A stretch of DNA of 64,000 nt from positions 1 through 64,000 of the IMG/VR virus record IMGVR_UViG_2740892351_000003; one strand, written 5' to 3'. Under the pieces are notes generated by a model. The model did no database searches and was not told where the DNA came from. It saw only the letters and a program-made list of their open reading frames with translations. How positions within the stretch are numbered: position 1 is the first letter of the stretch; the number at the start of each line of letters is the position of its first letter. The stretch comes from an uncultured virus (IMG/VR IMGVR_UViG_2740892351_000003) (lineage: Duplodnaviria > Heunggongvirae > Uroviricota > Caudoviricetes). Both the position numbers and the translations under genes were made by a program. Positions 19,862 to 31,500 of the stretch are shown in pieces.

Positions 19862-20577
19862 TTAAATAATATTCTCCAGGATGCTATTAACTCCTCTAAA
19901 ACGCTTATTAAATTCTATTTCTGTGTAATAAGATGTTTTTCCTGATGTGTCTTTTACAGCAAATATTTTACCATATTCAGATATGCTTATTTCGTTTAAC
20001 ATGTACTGATTATCTAAAGTTAGTGGCATGTCATTTAATTCTACCTTACTTATATAATCTCTTAATTCCAATTAATTCACCTCACTTTGTTTCTTCTTCA
20101 CAATAATTCCTTAAACTATTTATAAAGTTTTCTGTAACATCAAACCCAGCTAACATCATTGAGAAAAATAGTCCTATAGAGGTTATAATATCCAGTATAT
20201 ATTCTTCTATGCAAGATGTACTAGAATAAAATCCAATCTCCGTATTCCTTCCAAAATATAAACTATATATTAAATTGAAAATTAGAAAAAATATAAATAA
20301 ATATAATGCTCTATATTTACTATTAATTGTTTTTTTCATTTTCATCACTCACCTTTTTTATATCTATTAATTCCCAAGAATAAATCATTCTTTCAGAAGT
20401 TTTATATTTCTTACTTGTATCTAATTTAATAAATAATTCTTTTGCTTCTTTAATTTTACCTTTACAATTATGTTCTATTACATCTTCATCTGATTTGTAT
20501 TTTATTTCTACCAAATCACCTGTATATAAAATCAAACCATTTTTTAATAGTATTTCTTGTCTGACTTCCTGTATCAT
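19862..20577 (-). other. Three small hypothetical ORFs (19862-20071, 20082-20348 membrane, 20323-20577)
   Basis: Tightly packed, co-oriented, with RBSs. Confidence 0.55.
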
Positions 20578-21101
20578 ACAATCATCCTTTCTTCTTTTTC
20601 TAATAATATAGATATTAAAGATTTCGATATAACATCAGCTAAATCAAGTATAAGTTCAGGGTCTGAAGTATCATATATATCATATTTATTTCTACCTATA
20701 ATCCCAACTATTGAATAATCACCAACTTCTAGTAACTTCTTATCTACCCCCAAACCTGGTTTAACAGGTTTATTGCTAATTATAATTGTTCCTTTATCTG
20801 AAATTTTACTTATACAAGCATCAATGGCTATTATATTTGAATTTGGATAATTATTTTTTATTGCTTGTATTTTTTGTTCTAAATTTAAAGCATGTATTGA
20901 ATCTCCTAATACTCCAAATATTTTATTTCTAATAGTAGATTTTTCTAGTATACTGCCAATCATAGGGGCTAATGAGTCAGCTAAAACTCTATCACTACCT
21001 ATACATACTATTAAAGTGTCCTCATTTACAATATCCCTTAATACTTCTGATATTTTTGATATAGCATTTAGATTGTTGTAACTGATTTTTAATATGTCCA
21101 T
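20574..21101 (-). CDS. yyaC: YyaC-like spore protease family protein
   Basis: VCIGSDRVLADSLAP, IHALNL, IIAIDAC, PVKPGLGVDKKL..VGD. Confidence 0.85.
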   Translation of the reverse strand: MDILKISYNNLNAISKISEVLRDIVNEDTLIVCIGSDRVLADSLAPMIGSILEKSTIRNKIFGVLGDSIHALNLEQKIQAIKNNYPNSNIIAIDACISKISDKGTIIISNKPVKPGLGVDKKLLEVGDYSIVGIIGRNKYDIYDTSDPELILDLADVISKSLISILLEKEERMIV

Positions 21102-21111
21102 ATAACACCTC

Positions 21112-21777
21112 TTAAATATAAAATTCTTTCATATCATCCAATCTTAAACAAGCCAATTTACCATTATCAAAACATGCTCCACAATCTATATTTATAATTC
21201 CTTCCTGTTTATATATTTCAGCCTTTTCATAATCTTTAATGTTTTGAGTTGGTGTATGACCAATAATAATTGTGTATCCTTTTATATGTTTATTAGTATT
21301 TAATATTGTTCTATCCCACACACAAATATCTTCTTCTTGTAACTCAATTATTTGCTCTATACTGAGATTCTCATAGTTATTTGGAAGGTATAGTCCAGCA
21401 TGGACTAGTATAAAATTATCTATTATCTCTAAATATGGAAGGTTCTTAATATATTTATAAAAATTTTCTTTATATTCATAAGACTTCATTCCTAAATCAT
21501 AAAATGTATCTTTACCTCCATTATAAAACCAAAGAAAACTACTATTTACATCTGTATAACTTTCTTGAAACATTAACTCATGATTACCTTTTAGAAGAGT
21601 TATATTCTTATACTTTCTTATATAATCTATAATCTCTAAAGACTTATCCCCTCTATCTAATACATCTCCTAAAATATACAAATGGTCATTTGAATTGAAA
21701 TTGATTTGCTCTAACATTGAAATAAATTTATCATACATACCATGTAAATCACTCATTACATATTTAATAATTACCAC
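21112..21777 (-). CDS. Calcineurin-like metallophosphoesterase (phage Ser/Thr phosphatase type)
   Basis: SDLHG, GDVLDRG, GNHE, HAG, GHTP, IDCG. Confidence 0.9.
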   Translation of the reverse strand: MVIIKYVMSDLHGMYDKFISMLEQINFNSNDHLYILGDVLDRGDKSLEIIDYIRKYKNITLLKGNHELMFQESYTDVNSSFLWFYNGGKDTFYDLGMKSYEYKENFYKYIKNLPYLEIIDNFILVHAGLYLPNNYENLSIEQIIELQEEDICVWDRTILNTNKHIKGYTIIIGHTPTQNIKDYEKAEIYKQEGIINIDCGACFDNGKLACLRLDDMKEFYI

Positions 21778-21797
21778 CTCCTATTAAAACTAACTTT

Positions 21798-22241
21798 TTA
21801 ATCTAAATAGCTAACATCTAAAATACAGTCACCAACTATTTCAAAAGCACATAATATTTGTTTACCATAATCAGATAGCCATGACCCCCAAATACTACTA
21901 CCATGTTCTAACAACCCATATGAATTTAAAGCATTTAATATAAATTCTTGTATCAAATTATTTTTACTACCAATTATTCCACAAACATTATTAAATTCTA
22001 TTTCAAATATGTAACATCTTTCTGTGTATTCTAAGTTACAATTTTTTTCTTTATTTTGTATGGAAGTCAATACTCCTTTTATCATAAAAGATATATCATC
22101 AGGAGAACCACAACCACAAAAATCCATTATTTCATATCTTAGATGTAATATCATTTTACTTGCTATTTTTTTTAATTGATAATTATCATATATATTCATT
22201 TCTTTTAACTTAATCAAATCTATCTTATTTATTTTGTCCAC
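21798..22241 (-). CDS. Hypothetical phage protein
   Basis: CGCG and EHGSS motifs; RBS. Confidence 0.6.
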   Translation of the reverse strand: MDKINKIDLIKLKEMNIYDNYQLKKIASKMILHLRYEIMDFCGCGSPDDISFMIKGVLTSIQNKEKNCNLEYTERCYIFEIEFNNVCGIIGSKNNLIQEFILNALNSYGLLEHGSSIWGSWLSDYGKQILCAFEIVGDCILDVSYLD

Positions 22242-22264
22242 ATTATCTCCCTTCTTTTTATATG

Positions 22265-23116
22265 TTACTTTCTTATATCTTTCATAAGCAAATATATTAT
22301 CATATCTTTAGATAAATTTTCTTTTGAATATGCTATTGCTTTATTTAAGATTTCTAATATTTCACAATAATTACGACATTCATCAAATAATAATTGAGAA
22401 AATGTATCTGAAAATCTAATCTTTTTCATTTGATTCATAAACATTCTATGATAATATTCTTGTTCTCCTAATTTACATATGGCATACCATTTAGACTTAG
22501 TGTTTACTTCAGGAAAACTATTTTGTATATGTAGTTTTAATTTATCAAAAGTTAATTCTTCTAAAAATATTATCTCTTTAGCAGCTATTTTATTTATTTT
22601 ATGACCACGTAAAACACTACCTGAAAGGAGAGTCACTTCACCATATTCTTTACCATATTTATATTTATCGGCTTTTTTCACTAGAGCTTTTACTTTAAAA
22701 AATCTATTGCTTAAATTTGGAGCATAATATTGAAATACGTCACCCAAGTCTAAACATAAATGGAATCCCCAATTCCATATATTAATATCATCACCATCCA
22801 TACTATAGGCTTTGTTTAATTCATATTGAAATTCCTTACATTTCATATTTTTATCTGTACATTTATATCCTTCAACCCAAGCCCATTCCTTTCCCTCATT
22901 TTCCTTTACTCTTTCTACTTTTTTTCTTTCTTCTTCTATCTTTTTTTCTTTTTCCAATTCTATTTTTAACCTATCAATATCTAATAGTTTTCTTTCCATT
23001 TCTTTATCATATTGTATATTATCTCTATTATATATTGGTTGTTTGGGAGGAGGAGAAGGAGGTTCTTCTTCTGTTATTTTTACATTTCTACCATATTTTT
23101 TATTGAAGATACTCAA
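22265..23116 (-). CDS. Hypothetical phage protein
   Basis: EGYKCTD..MKC..FQY and GFHLC motif seen in phage proteins. Confidence 0.6.
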   Translation of the reverse strand: MSIFNKKYGRNVKITEEEPPSPPPKQPIYNRDNIQYDKEMERKLLDIDRLKIELEKEKKIEEERKKVERVKENEGKEWAWVEGYKCTDKNMKCKEFQYELNKAYSMDGDDINIWNWGFHLCLDLGDVFQYYAPNLSNRFFKVKALVKKADKYKYGKEYGEVTLLSGSVLRGHKINKIAAKEIIFLEELTFDKLKLHIQNSFPEVNTKSKWYAICKLGEQEYYHRMFMNQMKKIRFSDTFSQLLFDECRNYCEILEILNKAIAYSKENLSKDMIIYLLMKDIRK

Positions 23117-23133
23117 TATAATATCACCTCACT

Positions 23134-24479
23134 TTATTGTTTAGAAGCTATTTTAATTTTATATCCTAATTCATCTTCTATTTCTTCTTTAGTCATTGAT
23201 TTAAGCTTATCTTCTGACCTAATATATAAATTAGTGAAATTAATCAATTGATTTACTCTTCTTCCCCAATCTATTATTTCTCCAAATTCTATTATTACAT
23301 CTTTCATGAAATTATCATCCAAATCACTAAAATTGAAATCTTTATTATGTAAAAAACATATTGAATCACAAGATGCTATCTTATCTTTAAATTCTTGAAA
23401 ATTTTTACAATTTATTTCTGCAATATTATCTTTAGATAAATCATCTTTTAAAAACTTCAATTGAATAAATTCATTTTCTAGCTCATCTTCAGTTGGCACA
23501 CGAATGAAACAATACCCTATTGTAGTCCCACCTCTCATTTTATAAAATTGACTTATATATTCTCCAGTACCTACTGTATAAAATTCTCCTTTTTTATAAC
23601 ATTCAATATCTTTTATACAATATATCGTATCTCCACCATGTATATCTTTTATTAATAAATTCAACATAAATTTTACCTCCAATTCATATTAAAACACATA
23701 TTTTATTTTATAAATTCTTCCCATAAATAAGAATTATTAGAATCAATATTATATTCTGGGTCTATTTTATCTGCTTTAATATTTTCAACTAACCATTTAA
23801 TACCTTCTTCTTCCGAAAAAAATACTATTTTCTCCCCATCTTCATCATATTTAAATCTTTCTGAAGAATACTCATAATAATCATCTGGATATATTGTAAG
23901 TAATTTTACTTTATTTTTATAGCTTATAAAAGGGTAATATGTAGGCATAGTCTCTCTCCTTTATCTTTTTTTATATTTTTTCCACGCTTTAAATCTAATT
24001 TCAGATTTAAAATTTATAATATCATATTCTAATATTTTTCTTCTTCTCTGCTGCTCTTTAAGAAATTTAGTAATAAATTCTTCTTTGGTCATAACAATCA
24101 TCCTCTAAATATATTTTTTTATTTCTAATAAATAATTAAGTATAATTTTTTCTGGAAATGTCTTTGCTGTTATTATATCTATTGATTGTATAATTATAAA
24201 AACAGCAGAAAAGATTATAATCAGTAAACCAATAGTTGCATATACAGAGATATCATCTTCATCATCTTTCCAATCTATATAAATTAATAAAGCACCAACA
24301 ATTATTCCAATTACACATATAATTATCCAAAATATACTTATATCTACCTCATAATTAATATATTTAGTAGTTAATGTTTGCAGATATGGAATTACATTCT
24401 TGTTAGACCAATCAATAGTCATTCCAAATTTATCACTTAGATTATCTAAAATTTTTATAATTTGTTCACTAAACTCCAT
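23134..24479 (-). other. Hypothetical ORFs 23134-23682, 23703-23948, 24105-24479 (2-TM)
   Basis: ORF track, RBSs. Confidence 0.55.
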
Positions 24480-24516
24480 TTAACTCACCTCCAAAGAGGG
24501 ATTACTCCCTCTTAAT

Positions 24517-26697
24517 TTAATTACATTTACTCCATCCACAATTAGGACAAGTCATACATCCTTCCATCATTTGAATCTCTAGCCCACACTCAGGGCATTT
24601 TGGCTTAAATTCTTTAAATTCCTCTATTTTTTCTCCTTGTTTTTCTTTAAGAAAATCTTTTACAGCATTTAAAATAGTAATACCACAATGATTTCCTCTG
24701 TCTAATATATTTCCTTTTGCTCTACTTGTAGCAAAACTAGGACAAGTATTAACACCCCTTAAAGCTTTTTCTATATTATCTAAAGTTCCTCCAAGTCTAA
24801 GCATCCCAGACATTGCTATTGTTGCAGCTTCAAGAAGTTTTTCACACCCACCTGAACCAGCCTTTTTTACATACAACTCTTGTATATCCTTTTCTTTTTC
24901 TGAATAGGATATAAATAAAATTAATTTGCCACATCCAACATATAGCTCTTTTTTGTATGAAACAGTATCACTTGATATAGGTTTCCAGTCTCCTCTCTTA
25001 AGCCCTTGTGTATTGTTTACAGTATTAGTTGTAAGAACTCCTTCGCGCTTACATCCAGCTCTATATATTGTCAGTCCTTTTAATCCATTAACCCATGCCA
25101 ATGAATATAATTCTTCGACCTGTTCAACCGTTGCTTCATTAGGTAAATTTACAGTAGATGAGATACTTGCATCTATATGTTTTTGGAAAGATGACTGCAT
25201 TAAGATACGTTCTCTTGGAGTTAGCATTTCTGCTGTTACAAAATAATCAGGAAGGGCTTTTTCATCTTCAATGTTATTTTCTTTCATATATTTTTTAACT
25301 ATAGGTGTGTAAACTTTATAATATTTCTCTTTATCATGTAAACTTTCAGTTTTTCTAGTGTAAGAAAAGGCGAAAATTGGTTCTATTCCTCCAGATATTC
25401 CTAGCATAGTTGATATACTTCCAGTTGGAGCTATTGTTAAAAGTTGTGAATTTCTAAGACCATATCTTTTTATTAATTCTAGTGTTTCATGAGATGCATT
25501 TTCTTGAATAAATTCTGATTTTAAAATACATTCTTTATATTTTGGATATGTACCATATTTTTTTGATAATAAGGCTGATTGTTTTAGTGTTTCATCTGCT
25601 AAACATTTACCTATCACGTTACATAATTCAATGGCCATTTCTGAACCATATCTTACATTCATTTTTATGAGCATATCAGCTATTCCCATAACTCCAATAC
25701 CTATTTGTCTGTAATTTCTAACTGTATCTTTTTGGATTTTCAATGGATGCAAAGGTAGACCTTCATCTAAAACATCATTCATTGCTTTTACTACTATTTT
25801 TATATCTTTTCTAAAATCATTATAATTAAAAGTTTTATCTTCTTTAACATATTCGCTTAAGTTAAATGAGCCTAAAAGACAACTACCACCTGCTGGAAGC
25901 GGCTCTTCGGCGCAGGGATTTACGCCTGCATATTCAAATTCATCATCCTCACTCAATAAATTATAATTATTTATTTTGTCCCAAAATAAAATTCCTGGTT
26001 CTGCATAATTCCAATTATTTTCACATAATTTATTAAATAGTTCTTTAGCGTTTATTTCTTTAACTATAATTTCACCAGTTTCTTCTCTCGTAAAAGAACA
26101 TTTATACATTGGGTTTGAATCTATTCCTGTAGCCTTTTGCATAAATTCATCTGTTATTCTTACAGATATATTAGCTTTAGTAATTTTGTTTAAATCTGTT
26201 TTAATATCTATAAATTCTTCAATGTCTGGGTGATTAATATCGAGAGATATCATTAAAGCAGCTCTACGACCACTTTGACCTATTGTTTCAGCAACTAAGG
26301 AATATGTATCCATAAATGAGACTGCACCTGTTGTAGATTTAGCTGAATTATTGACTTTTGCCCCTCTAGGTCTTAACTTAGATATATCAATTCCTACCCC
26401 TCCTCCATAACTAAATGTTCTTGCAGTATCACTACATGTTTGGTATATATCTTCAATAGAATCACCAGTTGCTAAAACATAACAGTTTGAATAGGTTATT
26501 TTTCTTCCATCATTCTGTAATCCTCTATTAGCTAATATCCTTCCTCCAAATAAGAATTTTTTTTCTTGTATCAACCGTTTTACTTCTTTATCTCCATTAG
26601 ACACTCTATTGAGCCATTCATCAAAAGTTTCATTATTATTTCTATATTTATTATTCCATATTGCATTTTGCATTTCATTCATTTCCCAACCTATCAT
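24517..26697 (-). CDS. nrdJ: Class II (B12-dependent) ribonucleotide reductase
   Basis: SNCYV, GGGVG, NPCAEEP, TIAPTGSIS; C-terminal TSCPD-like region and CPECG..CPNCGWSKC; no nrdB nearby. Confidence 0.9.
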   Translation of the reverse strand: MIGWEMNEMQNAIWNNKYRNNNETFDEWLNRVSNGDKEVKRLIQEKKFLFGGRILANRGLQNDGRKITYSNCYVLATGDSIEDIYQTCSDTARTFSYGGGVGIDISKLRPRGAKVNNSAKSTTGAVSFMDTYSLVAETIGQSGRRAALMISLDINHPDIEEFIDIKTDLNKITKANISVRITDEFMQKATGIDSNPMYKCSFTREETGEIIVKEINAKELFNKLCENNWNYAEPGILFWDKINNYNLLSEDDEFEYAGVNPCAEEPLPAGGSCLLGSFNLSEYVKEDKTFNYNDFRKDIKIVVKAMNDVLDEGLPLHPLKIQKDTVRNYRQIGIGVMGIADMLIKMNVRYGSEMAIELCNVIGKCLADETLKQSALLSKKYGTYPKYKECILKSEFIQENASHETLELIKRYGLRNSQLLTIAPTGSISTMLGISGGIEPIFAFSYTRKTESLHDKEKYYKVYTPIVKKYMKENNIEDEKALPDYFVTAEMLTPRERILMQSSFQKHIDASISSTVNLPNEATVEQVEELYSLAWVNGLKGLTIYRAGCKREGVLTTNTVNNTQGLKRGDWKPISSDTVSYKKELYVGCGKLILFISYSEKEKDIQELYVKKAGSGGCEKLLEAATIAMSGMLRLGGTLDNIEKALRGVNTCPSFATSRAKGNILDRGNHCGITILNAVKDFLKEKQGEKIEEFKEFKPKCPECGLEIQMMEGCMTCPNCGWSKCN

Positions 26698-26838
26698 TAA
26701 ATCACTCCTTTGTATTTTGTTTAGTTTATAAAAATTTTATAAATTTAATTAAGTTTAATATAAGTATAACACTCAACTGGATAAAATGCAATACTAGATT
26801 TTAAAAATATTTTTTATTTTTAAAATCTAGTATTATCT

Positions 26839-27978
26839 CTATTGTTTTTGCTGCTGAATTGCAAATTGCTCTAAATATATATCTTTTAAGGTTCTTCTTG
26901 TACTTGTATTATTAATAATACTTAATCCAGAACTTGTTTCTCTCATAACTCTGCTCCAAATAGAACTGCCTTTATCCATATTTATATACTTAATACATTG
27001 CATCTTCTTTTTCCAATTTGAGTGTCTCCATAAATATAAATTATGCGCAAGACCTAGATATGCATAAAACATGAAATTCTCACAAGTTAATGAGATTTCT
27101 TTAGACATTTTTCTTCCTTCATAAGACATCATCTCAGGATAAATTTTAACTAATTCTTCAAAAAACTCTTTTAAAAATTTAAAACATTCTTCTTCCATAT
27201 TTTTGTCTTCGATATCACTAAAAGTATTTTTAAATGCTGTTACAAGTGTATTTAAAGTAACAATATTCATCATATCATTTTTTGCAATAGATGTTTTAAC
27301 CATATCTATTTTATTCTTTAATGCCCCTTTTTCATTTAATTTTATCATAATACGATTTACTGCATCTTGTTTATTAAAAGATTCAATTCTCGACTTAGAA
27401 AGAGTTTCGTGCAAGTTTAATTGCCAGAAATGTTCCATTGCAACTTCCATGTTATGACAAGTTATTAGAACAGGAAATTTAAGAGTTTTTAATATTTTTA
27501 TTATTCTCTTTTCATCTTCTCCTCCTATTATTTTGGCATCCTGATATATATTATGTATTGCTTTTGTTCTATGTTGACCATCTTGCATACACATTAAACC
27601 TAGTATTATTGTTAGTTGCGAAGTATATTCATCATATATTACTTTTCCTTCTTTCCCATTTTCATCAAGTATATTTATTGTTAGTTGGTCTGGAAAATAT
27701 TTTTCTTGTAATATCTTTTTTTGAATACTTTTGACTCTTGTTTTATTAAAAACTGCTTTATATTTAAATGTTCCATCTGCTTGTTTTTTTGCTAATAGAC
27801 CACGCTGTGTTGCAGGATAGTATATTATTTTTTGTTCATCCCATAATTTTGCTATTTCATATGCAGAAATATTTATAGTCCACATTTTTTTATATAAGTG
27901 GTCTACTCCTTGAAATGTGTAGTTCTCAGTAAGTTTATGTTCATTAGGATTATATATATTATCAAATGTTATCGCCAA
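26839..27978 (-). CDS. DGQHR/DndB (ParB-like) DNA-binding protein
   Basis: TQRG and QDGQHR signature; no other dnd genes in window. Confidence 0.8.
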   Translation of the reverse strand: MAITFDNIYNPNEHKLTENYTFQGVDHLYKKMWTINISAYEIAKLWDEQKIIYYPATQRGLLAKKQADGTFKYKAVFNKTRVKSIQKKILQEKYFPDQLTINILDENGKEGKVIYDEYTSQLTIILGLMCMQDGQHRTKAIHNIYQDAKIIGGEDEKRIIKILKTLKFPVLITCHNMEVAMEHFWQLNLHETLSKSRIESFNKQDAVNRIMIKLNEKGALKNKIDMVKTSIAKNDMMNIVTLNTLVTAFKNTFSDIEDKNMEEECFKFLKEFFEELVKIYPEMMSYEGRKMSKEISLTCENFMFYAYLGLAHNLYLWRHSNWKKKMQCIKYINMDKGSSIWSRVMRETSSGLSIINNTSTRRTLKDIYLEQFAIQQQKQ

Positions 27979-28148
27979 TTAAATCTCTCCTTATTTTGTA
28001 TTTTATTATATTATTATTATATACCATTTTCAACTGAATAAAAATAGACTTTAAACAATTTATCTGTTTTTTATTTAGTTTATAATTTACTCTAACATCC
28101 TTATTTTATACATAATCCTAAGTTTTAAATCTTATTAAAATAGTGATT

Positions 28149-28451
28149 TTAATTACTTTTTTTCTTCTTAGATTCTTCCTCTGTCTTTTTCTTATTTTTT
28201 AAATTTTTTGCTTCCTCTTCTATTAATTCAATCATAGTATCAATAAAGGTTTTTACAAATATTTTTTTATAATTTTTAAATTCTTTATCAGTCAAATCTA
28301 ACTCTTGTTCATCTACGATATTTTGGAATCTATCATTCGCAAATTTTTCTAAATATTTTTTTGAATATGTTATAGTAAAACATGCTTTGAATGATTTAGC
28401 ATATTCTTTAGTCCAATCTTTTAAATTATTTAATTCTATTCTTAATCCCAT
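28149..28451 (-). CDS. Hypothetical protein
   Basis: ORF track, RBS. Confidence 0.55.
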   Translation of the reverse strand: MGLRIELNNLKDWTKEYAKSFKACFTITYSKKYLEKFANDRFQNIVDEQELDLTDKEFKNYKKIFVKTFIDTMIELIEEEAKNLKNKKKTEEESKKKKSN

Positions 28452-28563
28452 TTGAATCCCCTTTTATTTATAAAAATTTAATTCCTCTATATTTATATGT
28501 TTTATCTTTTTTAGATTTTATTTATTCTTTAAAATCACCACTAAAATTTTATTTATAGCATAT

Positions 28564-31500
28564 TTATTCAATTATCCAGTAAGAACTTACCCATATATCA
28601 ATTCCCTCTACATCTACATAATCATCATTTATAAATCTCTTTTTTGATTCAGTTCTAGTTTTATTTAAATATACTTTGTCAAACAATTTAATTGGATTGT
28701 TTTTAAATGTTTTTTTCTTTATCTTACATTCTTTTATTCTTCCAGAGCGTATATTATAAAATGTAATTTTAGGGGAGTACTTAGTATTAATATCTACAGC
28801 TATACAATGCCTTGGATTTTCATCAGATTTAATAATATTACAACTTCCTACATTTTCATAATGAGCTTTAATTAATTCTTCAATTGGAATATCTTTATTC
28901 TCAAAAACATCTTCCATGTATTCACACAATGCTAAAATATTTACATCCATGAACATTTTTTCAGTTTTTCTATTTGAGAATTTTTCTATATATTTCGCAT
29001 AGATATTAGTTTTCTTTAATTGTTTTTTTTCATAAAAAGCACTAAATACTTGAACAATATTTAATAATTTAGATGTCTTACCAAACTCTTCAAAAAAGTT
29101 TAACTTAATTAATATTTCTAATTGTCTACTATTGATATTTTTATTTAAATCAATTAACAATTTAGTAAAAGTATTATATTCATTATTTCTTAATGAATAT
29201 AAATACTCAGCAACTTCAGTATTTAAATATTTAATACTTGATATACCTTTATATATAGTATTTGTTTTTTTGTCCATGAAATACTCTGCTCTTGAATATC
29301 TAAATTTACAATTTTTAACTTCTATCCCATATTCTTTTGCCAACTTTATTCCATTATTCAAATCTTCTTCATTATCTGCCCAATTTAAATATGATGTTGT
29401 AAATTCTAAAGGATAGTAGTATCTTAACATTCCACATATATAACCATTCATAGAGTATCCAGTCGAATGGTTATATCCAAATTGATATTCTGAAGAATCT
29501 GATATTATTTGTATAAATTCTTTCGCTTCTTTTTCAGCTATTTCTTTGGGTTTATTTGAGTGTTTACAATAGCCATTTAAAATCTTTGGCAATTGTTTTT
29601 CTAATTCAACATCATCTTTTTTTCCTATTGCTCTTCTAGTTGTATCAGCTAAAGAGCCATCAAAATCACATATGTCTGTTAAGAACTTTATTGTATCTTC
29701 TTGAAATACTAAAAACCCATTATTATCTTTTAATAATTCATCTATTTCTTCTGATGGATTTTTATTAAATTCTCTATTTATTAATCTTTCTCTATATGAT
29801 TTTCCACTAGGTCTTAAACTTGCATTTACTAAAGACATATCATTTACACATTTTGCTTTATATGTACTTAATAAATCAAAAGCGTAATCACCTTCAAATT
29901 GAAAGATTCCAACATTGATTCTATTTATATCTTCCCAAACATTTTTATCATTCCAATTTATTTCGTGAGCATACTTCCACTCTTTATTTATAAGTCTATA
30001 CGTATCTTGAATTATACCTATAGTTTTTAATCCTAATATATCAAATTTCACATAATTCAATGAATCTACTGCTTTCATCGTGCAAAATGATACTGGACTG
30101 TTTTCATTTCCATCTTTATAAAATACACCCAAATTATCATACAAAGTTATTGGGCTACCAATCATCCCTGCTGGATGTGTACCTTTAGAAGTTATTACTC
30201 CTCTAATCCCATCAAAATAATAAAACAAATCCTTATTATGTTCTCTTAACTCATCCCACATTTCTTTTAATTTAATTAATCTTTGTTTTTTCTTATTGTT
30301 TCTTATTGTATGCAAATATAATTCATGGTCTATAAAGTCTGGCGATTTACTTTCTTTGCCTTCCAGCTCTTCTATGTTTATTTCTTCTATAATTATTTTG
30401 GAATATTCTTTAAAGATATTATCAAATGTGTCTTTTATATTTTTAACCAAATTCAAATTATCATAATTTAATCCTTTAGCAAGTACATCTATACTGCCTC
30501 TATCCTTTATAGTTTGAAATGTTAGTATATATGATACTTTATCTTTTCCAAATCTATTAATTATATATTCATAAACCTTTTGTCTATCTGATGGACTAAA
30601 ATCTAAATCTATATCTCCAAGTGATATTCTATCAGCATTGCAGAACCTTGAAAATGCAGTTTTCCATCTAATAGCATCCACATCTGTTATTCCTGTTATG
30701 TATGCTATTAAAGAACCACCAACAGAACCTCTACATGGGCTAACATGAATATCATTATCTTTGCACCAATTTACTAATTCAGCTACAAACAGCATGAAAC
30801 TAGCCATGCCTTGATTACACATTATTTCATATTCTTCTTGTACTCTTAGTTTATATATATCTATTTTTTCTTTTTCAATAGCATTTACATTTATTAATTT
30901 TAAAAGTTTTTCATCTATGTAATCTTTCCATGTTTGATTGGCATTTTCCCCATATAAATCAGGATATTTAAAAGTTTTATCTAGTGTAAAATCTTCAACC
31001 ATAGCAGCTAATTTATTTGTATTATTAATTGCTTCCAATATAATATCAATAGGTAGAATATTTTGTTTTTTAAACTCATCAACTAAATCATCATAATTTT
31101 TCCATGTTAAGTCAAATTCATCTTCTTCTCCATAGAAGCTATTTTTAGATTTTTGAAGCACTTTTCTACATTCTGCTTTATATTCAGATGATGAATGAGT
31201 ATCTGTCCCTGCTATCAATGGTATTCCATATAAGATACTCCACTCATAGAGCATCTTATTATACTCTTTTTGACTATCGCAGTTGTGATATTGTATTTCT
31301 AAAAAACATCTATGATTATTTTTAGACATCCATTCTAGTAACTCTTGTCTTTTTTTAATATTATAATTATATTTCTCAATACCCTCAATATCTATTATAT
31401 TTGTATCACCTAGCTTCCATAATGGCGACGCTAGACAAGCAGAAGTTATTATTATATTATCGCTTGTATTCATTAATTCATCAAAGGATATTCTTGGATT

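Noticed and set aside
26839..27978. DNA phosphorothioation (dnd) system
   Set aside because: Only a DndB-like gene is present; no dndA/C/D/E in the window
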